Shown: piece after piece, positions 37,108-44,443 of the stretch
How the letters are laid out: every line of letters begins with the position of its first letter
How positions within the stretch are numbered: position 1 is the first letter of the stretch
DNA from: Holophagales bacterium UBA5066
Lineage (GTDB): Bacteria; Acidobacteriota; Thermoanaerobaculia; UBA5066
DNA: 64,000 nucleotides
Assembly (NCBI GenBank): GCA_002414905.1
Contig: DIAY01000107.1
Coordinates: forward strand, 11,009 to 75,008
Direction: 5' to 3'
Notes under the pieces: model-generated
Told to the model about the DNA's origin: nothing
Seen by the model: the letters and a program-made list of their open reading frames with translations, nothing else
Databases searched by the model: none
Made by a program: the position numbers and the translations under genes

Positions 37108-39654
37108 GTGCCGATCCGCGTCGATCTCGCCTCCAGGACCGTGACGCTCTCTGCGAGCGCGCTCCTCACCCCCGCTGCTCGCCGCATCGGGGACGGCCGT
37201 GGCGATTCGATGGAGCGACGCTGGATCGGCCAGGCGGTCCACCGGCGCGTCCTCTCGGACGCGCTCGCCACGATTCCCGGGTACGCCGTGGAGAAGGCCG
37301 TCCGCCTCACGTTCCCCGTCGACGACTTCACGGCGATCCTCGAGGGACGCCTGGACGGCCGATTCGAGGACGAGGACGGGACGATCGTCATCGACGAAGT
37401 GAAGTCGGTCCACTTCGCCGAGGAGCTGCCGCGCCTGCTCGGATCGCCACGCCTCGATCGCTTCGCACGGCAGCTCCAGTGGTACCTCCTGGCGGTTTCG
37501 CGGACCGAGGGATGCACCGTCCGCGGGCGCCTCGTCCTCGCCGATATCGAAACAGGCGACACGCGCCTCGTGCCGGTCGCATGGGACGCGAGAGAAGTCG
37601 AGGCGGACCTCGTCGACAGGGTCCGGGCCGCCCTCGCGGAGTTCTTCGGCGAGCTCGCCCTCGCCGAAGCGAAGGCGGCCGAAGCGGGCGAGCTCGTCTT
37701 CCCGTTCGGCCGCTTCCGCCCGGGCCAGCGCGAGATGATGGCCTCCGTGGCCCGGGCGGTGCGCTCCGGGGAACAGCTCCTCGTCGAGGCCCCGACGGGC
37801 ATCGGAAAGACCGCGGCGGCCCTCCTGCCGATGCTCGTCGAGGCGCTCCGGCAGGGCCGCAAGCTTTACGTCCTGACGTCGAAGACGACCCAGCAGGAGA
37901 TCTTCCGAAAAACGCTGGAAGCGATCAACTCCTCCTCGGCCCGGTCCATCCGCCTCCGCGCCAAGGAGCGGATGTGCGCCAACGGCGTCGTCCTCTGTCA
38001 CGAGGACCACTGCCGGTTCGCGAAGGACTACGCCGCAAAGCTGGACGCCTCCCGCCTCCTCGACCGGCTCCTCGCCGTCGCCCCGCATCTCGAGCCCGAC
38101 TTCGTCTTCGAGGAATCGCGGGCCGAGGAGGTCTGTCCGTTCGAGGTCTCACTCGAGCTCGCGGAGAGGGCCGACGTCGTCCTCGGCGACTACAACTACG
38201 CGTTCGATCCCGTCGTCGCGATCTCGGGACTGCGCGACCCGGCCTCGCTGGACGGGGCGCTCCTGCTCGTCGACGAGGTGCACAACCTCGTCGACCGCGG
38301 CCGGACCATCTGGTCGCCGGAGCTCTCCGAGGCCGAGGTTCGCCGCCTCTCCGAGGTCATCGGCACGACGAGCCCGAAGACCGCGGTGGCGGCGCAGTCG
38401 GCGGCTGCCGAGGTCCTGGCGCTCGTCCAAGAGGCCGCCGCGGGCCTCGGTCCCGCCTCCGACCCGTGGAACCCCGCTACCGAGCTCGTCCCTCTCGACC
38501 TCGAGAGGCTCGACGACGTCCGCCTCTCGATGGAGTCTCTCCTCGTCCGTCACCTCGCCGACCTCAGGAACGGCGCGGACCGCGTCCCCGACGACCCCGT
38601 CCTCGGTCTCTACTTCCTCTTCGCGGGTTTCCACGACGTGGCGCGACGGGCCGCACCGGCGGGCCGTCTCGCCGAGGCGTTCGATCTCATCGCCTCCCGC
38701 GGACCCGGTGGCGCACGGCTTTCGTTCCTCTGCAAGGATCCGTCCCGTCTCCTGGGAGAGACGTTCGACGCCGCCTTCGCGACGGTGGGAATGTCGGCCA
38801 CGCTCAGCCCGCCCGAGTTCTACCGGGACCTTCTCGGCCTCGATCCAGACCGGACCTCGGTCCTGCTCCTGCCTTCCCCGTTCCCGCGCGAGAACCGGAT
38901 CGTCGTCATCGCGCCCAACGTCGACACGACCTGGAAAGGGCGGGCAGCGGCGATGCCGCAGATCGCCCGGTTCGTCGCTCAGATCGCCGAGGCCTGCCCC
39001 GGCAACGTCCTGGCCCTCTTCCCGTCGTATCGATTCGTCGACGACGCGCGGGCTTTGCTGCCCCCCCTTCCGGGACGCCGGATCCTGCGTCCATCGGATC
39101 GGTCGACCGAGCTGGAGAGAGATTCCGTTCTCGAGGCGCTCCGGGAGGAAGGTTCCCGGATCCTCCTCCTCGCCGCCTCTGGCGGACCGTTCGCCGAGGG
39201 CGTCGACTACCCCGGGTCCATGCTCCACGGTGTCGTCGTCGTCTCCCCCGCCCTCCCCCAGGTCCGCTTCGAGCAGGAGCGAATGCGGCTCTACTTCGAG
39301 GAACGCTACGGCCGCGGCTTCGAGTACGCCTATGTCATCCCCGGAATGACGAGGGTGGTCCAGAGCGCGGGCCGGGTGATCCGGTCGGAGACGGACGTCG
39401 GCGTCATAGCCCTCGTCTGCCGCCGCTTCCTGCAGAGCCCCTACCGGAAGTTCCTGCCGTCAAACTGGTACGACGAGAGCCCCGCGGAGCTCGCCTGCCC
39501 GGAGCCCCGCGAGCCGGTTCGCGCGTTCTTCGAAAGGACTCTGCCCGTGCCGGCGATCGTCTCCCCGACAGTTGCCGGACCTCTCCTGCCACCTGCCGGG
39601 AAAGGAAAAGGCCCCGCACGACGGCGGGGCCGGAAGGACTCGGGAAAGACCTGA
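37108..39654 (+). CDS. RecB-type PD-(D/E)XK nuclease domain fused to XPD/DinG (Rad3)-family Fe-S DNA helicase
   Basis: About 848 aa (856 if GTG 37084 is used). N-terminal nuclease motifs GQAVH, GRLDGRF, VIDEVKS and QLQWY. Helicase Walker A EAPTGIGKTAA. Four-Cys cluster region (MCANGVVLCHEDHCRF...VCPFE). DEVH box (LLLVDEVHNL). C-terminal Helicase_C_2-like region (GGPFAEGVDYPG..., QSAGRVIRSETD). Confidence 0.8.
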   Translation: MPIRVDLASRTVTLSASALLTPAARRIGDGRGDSMERRWIGQAVHRRVLSDALATIPGYAVEKAVRLTFPVDDFTAILEGRLDGRFEDEDGTIVIDEVKSVHFAEELPRLLGSPRLDRFARQLQWYLLAVSRTEGCTVRGRLVLADIETGDTRLVPVAWDAREVEADLVDRVRAALAEFFGELALAEAKAAEAGELVFPFGRFRPGQREMMASVARAVRSGEQLLVEAPTGIGKTAAALLPMLVEALRQGRKLYVLTSKTTQQEIFRKTLEAINSSSARSIRLRAKERMCANGVVLCHEDHCRFAKDYAAKLDASRLLDRLLAVAPHLEPDFVFEESRAEEVCPFEVSLELAERADVVLGDYNYAFDPVVAISGLRDPASLDGALLLVDEVHNLVDRGRTIWSPELSEAEVRRLSEVIGTTSPKTAVAAQSAAAEVLALVQEAAAGLGPASDPWNPATELVPLDLERLDDVRLSMESLLVRHLADLRNGADRVPDDPVLGLYFLFAGFHDVARRAAPAGRLAEAFDLIASRGPGGARLSFLCKDPSRLLGETFDAAFATVGMSATLSPPEFYRDLLGLDPDRTSVLLLPSPFPRENRIVVIAPNVDTTWKGRAAAMPQIARFVAQIAEACPGNVLALFPSYRFVDDARALLPPLPGRRILRPSDRSTELERDSVLEALREEGSRILLLAASGGPFAEGVDYPGSMLHGVVVVSPALPQVRFEQERMRLYFEERYGRGFEYAYVIPGMTRVVQSAGRVIRSETDVGVIALVCRRFLQSPYRKFLPSNWYDESPAELACPEPREPVRAFFERTLPVPAIVSPTVAGPLLPPAGKGKGPARRRGRKDSGKT

Positions 39655-39658
39655 GAGT

Positions 39659-41341
39659 TCAGCGGATCAGGGTGTTGTTGTTGACGATGAAGCGACGGGT
39701 ACCGGCCGAGCGGTAGTTCCCGCGACCGTCGATGACCTCGACGAGGAGGTCGTGGTCCGTGTTCGCCAGCTTCGTGGTGTCGAGGTAGAAGCGCCACCGG
39801 GCGTTCCCCCTCTGCGGGTAGTTCGGGTACATCGCGGCCACGTCGGGGCTCAGGAGACCGTACTCGGCATAGTCCCGCCCCGTCACGGCGTCGATCTGCG
39901 CGACGCCGTCGACCAGGACCCGGACGCGAATGACGCTGTCGAGGTCGAGCGCCCAGCCGAAGACCGGGAAGATCCCACCGATGAACTCGTAGTTGGAGGG
40001 GTCGTCCACGTAGCCCAGCGGCGGCGGATCGAGATTCTGCGTCGCACACTCGATGTTGATCGGCAGCTCCTTCAGGAGCGTGACGTTGTCTTCCTTGTCG
40101 GCCGCCTTGATCTGGAGCATGTGGTTCCCCTCTTTGAACCCCATGTCCGTCAGGAGGTAGCCCACGTCGACAGCGAAGAAGAAGCCGGAATTCGCCGACT
40201 GCGGGAAGCCGGGATAGAAGATGTTGACGTCCGGCCGGTAGAAGCCGTAGCAGTCGACGAGAGCGTTGTTCAGGTTGAACTCCCGGCGACAGCCAAGCGT
40301 GTTGAAGGCGCCGCGGGTGTCCTTGAGGACGGCGCCGTCCAGCTCGAGGAACACGTGCGAGACACCGCCGCGCTCGGCGTAGATCGAGGTGTCGAGCGCC
40401 CAACCCGAGACGAACATGATGTACCGGGTGTCCCGGATCTCGCCGCCGGACGGCCCGCCGGGGAGACGCAGGCAGTTGCCGAACCACGTCGCCTGGAGGA
40501 GCGGGTGCTCGACCTCCCCGAACGGCGGGAGGTTCGGCGCGTTGTTGAAGACCTGGAAGCGGCGGGTGGCGAGAAGGCCCTGCTGCCCCTGGTCGTCCGT
40601 GGCCTTGACGGTGAGCGAGTGGACGCCGTTCGTCAGGCGCGTCGAATCGAGGAAGATCATGAAACCGGAGTCGGTGGCCCCCGGGACGTTCGGGTAGTAG
40701 GCCGCGACATCGGGGCGGTTCACTCCCAGGACGGCTTCGCGCTCGAGCCGCCCGTCGACGAAGACGTCGACGTGCTCCACGCGCCGGTCGTCCAGCGCCC
40801 AGCCGGCAACCGCGAGGACCCCGTTAGCGTGGACGGAGGAATCCGGGATCGGGACGTCGAGGACGCCGAAGGGCGGCTGGTTCCTCGCGTTGTCGATCCG
40901 GATCGTACGTGCGGCGAGGAAGTAGCAGCAGCCGGTCACGTCCGTGATCCGGACGTAGAGCCTGTGCGTGCCGTTCGAGTAGTTCGCCGCCCGGAACGAC
41001 ATCTCGAAGCCGGGAGCCCCGCCGGGCGTCCCCGCATACTGCGGGAAGGCCTGCATGACGTCCGGGCGCGGCAGGTTGATGTTCGCCCCACCCGCCGGCG
41101 TCACCCGGTTCGCCTCGTCCGTTCCATCGACGTAGAGGTCGATGTTCGAGATGAGGTTTCCGTTCAACGCGAACCCGGCCACGCGAACGTAGCCCGAGAC
41201 GAGCGCCCCTTCCGCCGGGGACTCGATCGTCCCCATCGTCTGTCCGGGACACCCCTCGGTCGGGCAGTCCGCGAACGCGGGCGTGCCTACCGTCAGGAGG
41301 ACCGCCGCCATCACCGGAAGGACCAGAGCTTTGAGCTTCAT
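39659..41341 (-). CDS. Secreted protein built from four tandem ~125-150-aa beta-sandwich-like repeats
   Basis: 560 aa from ATG 41341 (MKLKALVLPVMAAVLLTVGTPAFA signal peptide, GGGGAGGAAG SD). It has a four-fold repeat with a recurring pattern: PFG..D.P, V.GWALD, V.V.VDG, RPDV..YP, GF, L.NG.H.L.V...D..G, RRF.V.N. Confidence 0.75.
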   Translation of the reverse strand: MKLKALVLPVMAAVLLTVGTPAFADCPTEGCPGQTMGTIESPAEGALVSGYVRVAGFALNGNLISNIDLYVDGTDEANRVTPAGGANINLPRPDVMQAFPQYAGTPGGAPGFEMSFRAANYSNGTHRLYVRITDVTGCCYFLAARTIRIDNARNQPPFGVLDVPIPDSSVHANGVLAVAGWALDDRRVEHVDVFVDGRLEREAVLGVNRPDVAAYYPNVPGATDSGFMIFLDSTRLTNGVHSLTVKATDDQGQQGLLATRRFQVFNNAPNLPPFGEVEHPLLQATWFGNCLRLPGGPSGGEIRDTRYIMFVSGWALDTSIYAERGGVSHVFLELDGAVLKDTRGAFNTLGCRREFNLNNALVDCYGFYRPDVNIFYPGFPQSANSGFFFAVDVGYLLTDMGFKEGNHMLQIKAADKEDNVTLLKELPINIECATQNLDPPPLGYVDDPSNYEFIGGIFPVFGWALDLDSVIRVRVLVDGVAQIDAVTGRDYAEYGLLSPDVAAMYPNYPQRGNARWRFYLDTTKLANTDHDLLVEVIDGRGNYRSAGTRRFIVNNNTLIR

Positions 41342-41440
41342 CAGTCTTCCTCCCCAGGCCCGCGAGGTCTCAGGTCCACGGTTTCCGGCCATCTCGCGGA
41401 ACAGACCGGGAACTTCGAGACCGTGCGTTCGTTTGCGGAG

Positions 41441-41446
41441 ATTCTA
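41441..41446 (-). promoter_or_regulatory. Putative -10 box TAGAAT for the four-repeat protein gene (overlaps the deacetylase stop codon)
   Basis: On the minus strand, the first three bases of TAGAAT are the TAG stop (41446-41444) of the upstream gene. It lies about 100 nt upstream of ATG 41341, and the leader has a strong SD. Confidence 0.35.
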
Positions 41447-42442
41447 GGAGCGGCCCAAAGCGCTGTCAATGCGAGGGTTCTCGGCCCCTCCGAGAGCCCG
41501 GGCGTGGGCAAGCGCACCTTCGGCCGTTCCGGCCGGGTCATAGCCCCCCTCGAGGACCGAGACGAGACGGCCGCAGGCGAAGGCTTCCGCCGCCGCCAGG
41601 AGGGCTCGGGTCATTCGCGCGAACCCCTCCCCGGAGAGCCGCATCCCTCCGAGCGGATCGACTCGGTGGGCGTCGAAACCGGCGCTCACGAGGACGAGAT
41701 CGGGGTGGAACCGGCCCAGGAGGCGGTCCAGACCAGCCTCGAACGCACCCGCATACACATCGTCGTCGGCGCCTGCGCCGAGCGGGACGTTCACCGTCAG
41801 GCCGAGCCCCGGCCCGGACCCCGTCTCACCCGCGCCTCCGGTCCCCGGATAGAAGGGGAAACGGTGAACGGAGAGGTACGCGACGCTTCCGTCCTCCCAG
41901 AACGTCTCCTGCGTCCCATTGCCGTGGTGGACGTCGAAGTCGGCCACCAGGACGCGCCCGGCACCGTACCGCTGCTGGGCGTCCCGGGCGGCGACGGCGA
42001 CGGCGTTGAAGAAGCAGAAGCCCATCGCCGCGGCGGCCCGGGCATGGTGTCCCGGCGGCCGGGTCACGACGAAGGCTCGCCGCGCGACACCCTCCATCAC
42101 GTCGTCGACCGCCGCGAGCAGGAGCCCGACGGTCCGCTGGGCGACGTCGAACGTCGAGCGCGACATCGGGTTGTCGGGAGAGTCGAAGAGCGTGAAGGGC
42201 TGACCGGCCTCTTCCGGCCCGAGGGAGGCGGCCTCGCGGACCCTTTCGACGTAGGCGGGATCGTGAACGAGCGAGAGCGCGTCCCGCGTCCGTTCAGGGG
42301 ACGGAGTCCGATGCATCTCGAATCCCCCGGCCTCGAGCGCCTCGACGACCGCGGCGATCCGCCGCGGCCCCTCGGGATGGAACGCACCGGTTCCGTGGCA
42401 GAGGACGTGCGGGTCGTGGTAGAGGCGCAGCGGGTCCGTCAC
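41444..42442 (-). CDS. Histone deacetylase-family (arginase/deacetylase fold) amidohydrolase
   Basis: 332 aa. RPPGHHA, DFDVHHGNGTQ, SAGFDAH and EGGY motifs. GTG start. Confidence 0.88.
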   Translation of the reverse strand: MTDPLRLYHDPHVLCHGTGAFHPEGPRRIAAVVEALEAGGFEMHRTPSPERTRDALSLVHDPAYVERVREAASLGPEEAGQPFTLFDSPDNPMSRSTFDVAQRTVGLLLAAVDDVMEGVARRAFVVTRPPGHHARAAAAMGFCFFNAVAVAARDAQQRYGAGRVLVADFDVHHGNGTQETFWEDGSVAYLSVHRFPFYPGTGGAGETGSGPGLGLTVNVPLGAGADDDVYAGAFEAGLDRLLGRFHPDLVLVSAGFDAHRVDPLGGMRLSGEGFARMTRALLAAAEAFACGRLVSVLEGGYDPAGTAEGALAHARALGGAENPRIDSALGRS

Positions 42443-42450
42443 CGGGCGTC

Positions 42451-42456
42451 TTTATA
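42451..42456 (-). promoter_or_regulatory. Putative -10 box TATAAA, 8 nt upstream of GTG 42442
   Basis: The minus strand reads TATAAA-GACGCCCG-GTG. Confidence 0.4.
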
Positions 42457-42483
42457 CGACAGGGACCGGCGAGACCGGTGCAT

Positions 42484-42489
42484 TACCAT
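42484..42489 (+). promoter_or_regulatory. Putative -10 box TACCAT, 6 nt upstream of GTG 42496
   Basis: TACCAT-TCCCGG-GTG. It lies inside the longest-ORF model (42478). Confidence 0.3.
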
Positions 42490-42495
42490 TCCCGG

Positions 42496-43557
42496 GTGAG
42501 GAAGACCACCGCGAACGGGCTCCGGATCGCCATTTCCCTGGGACTGGCCGCCCTTTTCCTCTGGCTCTTCTTCCGCAACGTCAACCTCGGAGAGCTGGCC
42601 AGAACGCTCTCGGCTGCCCATCGGGGCTGGCTCGGACTCGCGCTGGGGATCACCCTCTTCAATTTCCCTTTCCGCTCGTGGCGGTGGACGCGGCTTCTTC
42701 ACCACGTGCAGCACGTCCCCCAGATGGAGGCCTTCTCGGCGACCTGCATCGGGTTTGCGGCGTCTGTGCTCCTTCCCGCCCGGGCCGGAGAGATCGTCCG
42801 TCCCGCCGTCCTCTCCCGGCGCACCGGCCTCCCTTTTGCGCCCGCCCTCGCCTCGATCGCCGTGGAGCGTCTCATCGACCTCGTCGCGGTCGTCCTTTTC
42901 TTCGTCGTCTACGCCGTCGGCGGCTGGGCCCCGGCGAACCTCTCCGCAGAAGCCCATGATCGACTCGAGCTCCTCCGGCGTTCTGCCTTCCTCGTCGGAG
43001 CAGCGACGCTCCTCGTCTTCGCCGGCCTCGGCCTCCTCGCGGCCCGGCCGCACCTGGCAGACCGCGTTCTCGGCCCTCTCGAGCGCCGCCTGCCGGCCCG
43101 GATAGCCTCGAGGGCCGTCTCCCTCGTCCGTTCCTTCCTCGGCGGGCTCGCCTCGATCCGGACGGGCGCGGACGTGGCCGTGATGAGCGTCTCCACGATC
43201 GTCATGTGGCTTCTGAACGTCCTCCAGTTCTACGCCGTGGCGAGAGCGTTCGAGGTGGTCCTGCCGTTCCAGGCGTTCTTCTTCGTCCTCACGTGGGCCA
43301 TCCTCGGCCTCGCCGTCCCCACCCCGGGCGGTGTGGGCGGGTATCACGCAGCGGTCGCCTACTCGCTCACCGGCTTCTACGGCGTTGCCGCTGCACCCGC
43401 GGCCGCGACGGCGCTGGCAACCCACGCCATCGCGTTCGTTCCGGTCACTCTCGCCGGTGTGGCGTTCCTCGCCGGCAGCGGCCTGACTCTCCGGCGCCTC
43501 GCCGCCGACGGGCCCTCCGCCGAGCCGGGCGTTGGCGGGAGTAGTCTCTCGCCGTGA
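42496..43557 (+). CDS. UPF0104 / lysylphosphatidylglycerol-synthase-TM-like (flippase-like) membrane protein
   Basis: About 353 aa. Polytopic, with the characteristic N-terminus (RKTTANGLRIAISLGLAALFLWLFFRNVNLGEL...) and the FPFRSWRW / PARAGEIVRP motif. An alternative start is GTG 42478. Confidence 0.75.
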   Translation: MRKTTANGLRIAISLGLAALFLWLFFRNVNLGELARTLSAAHRGWLGLALGITLFNFPFRSWRWTRLLHHVQHVPQMEAFSATCIGFAASVLLPARAGEIVRPAVLSRRTGLPFAPALASIAVERLIDLVAVVLFFVVYAVGGWAPANLSAEAHDRLELLRRSAFLVGAATLLVFAGLGLLAARPHLADRVLGPLERRLPARIASRAVSLVRSFLGGLASIRTGADVAVMSVSTIVMWLLNVLQFYAVARAFEVVLPFQAFFFVLTWAILGLAVPTPGGVGGYHAAVAYSLTGFYGVAAAPAAATALATHAIAFVPVTLAGVAFLAGSGLTLRRLAADGPSAEPGVGGSSLSP

Positions 43558-44033
43558 AGTGCCCCTTCTGTGACGGCGTCGCCGACAAGGTGGTCGATTC
43601 CCGCGAAAGTCGGGAGGGGGAGGTCATCCGCCGGCGCCGCGAATGCCTCGCCTGCCAGAGGCGCTTCACGTCCTACGAACGGGTCGAGGAGGCGCCTCTC
43701 GTCGTCGTCAAAAGCGACGGAAGACGCGAGGAGTTCGACCGCGGAAAGGTCCTTCGAGGCCTCCGCCGGGCCTGCGAGAAGCGGCCGGTGGAGCCGGCCC
43801 GCCTCGAAGCGCTGTGCGACGAGGTGGAGGGACTCTTCCCGACCCGCGAGCCGCGCGAGCTGAAGACCGGCGAGATCGGGGCTCACCTGATGGACCGGCT
43901 GAGAGAGATCGACCAGGTCGCCTTCGTGAGGTTCGCGTCCGTCTACAGACGCTTCGAGGACGCGGGCGATTTCGTGGAGGAGGTCGAGACCCTTCTTTCG
44001 GACGCGAAGGACACCCCACGGAGAAGCCGATGA
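43554..44033 (+). CDS. nrdR: Transcriptional repressor NrdR
   Basis: 159 aa. Zn-ribbon MKCPFCDG...CLACQRRFTSYE followed by an ATP-cone. GTG start forming GTGA with the upstream stop. Confidence 0.92.
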   Translation: MKCPFCDGVADKVVDSRESREGEVIRRRRECLACQRRFTSYERVEEAPLVVVKSDGRREEFDRGKVLRGLRRACEKRPVEPARLEALCDEVEGLFPTREPRELKTGEIGAHLMDRLREIDQVAFVRFASVYRRFEDAGDFVEEVETLLSDAKDTPRRSR

Positions 44034-44443
44034 CGAAAGGACGCCCCCCCGCACGCTGGGTGTTCAGCCCTGGTGCTGGCGACCCGGGGACTCCCCCGCC
44101 GCACCTTCCGCCCGTCGACGTCGTCGAGCACGAGCACGGCTGGCGCCTCGTCTTCGAGATCCCGGGAACCGACCCCGACACGGTCCGGGTCGACGTCTCC
44201 GGGAGAGTCGTCGCCGTCCGCGGCGAGAGGCGCCCGACCGAACGCACACACGGCACCTTCCTCTGCGTCGAGAGGGCTGCCGGAACCTTCGAGCGCCTCG
44301 TGGAGCTGCCGGACGAGCTCGATCCCGACGGCGCCGCCGCCTCGTATGCCGACGGCCTCCTGACGCTCGAGATCCCGCGCCGCCCGGCGATCCGCCGCCG
44401 GACGATCCCGATCCGGCCGGCCCGGAGCGGGGAGAAGAGGTGA
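44030..44443 (+). CDS. Hsp20/alpha-crystallin family small heat-shock protein
   Basis: 137 aa from ATG 44030, forming ATGA with the nrdR stop. Alpha-crystallin core (VDVVEHEHGWRLVFEIPG...RVDVSGRVVAVRGER...FERLVELPDELD...ASYADGLLTLEIPR). Confidence 0.8.
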   Translation: MTKGRPPARWVFSPGAGDPGTPPPHLPPVDVVEHEHGWRLVFEIPGTDPDTVRVDVSGRVVAVRGERRPTERTHGTFLCVERAAGTFERLVELPDELDPDGAAASYADGLLTLEIPRRPAIRRRTIPIRPARSGEKR

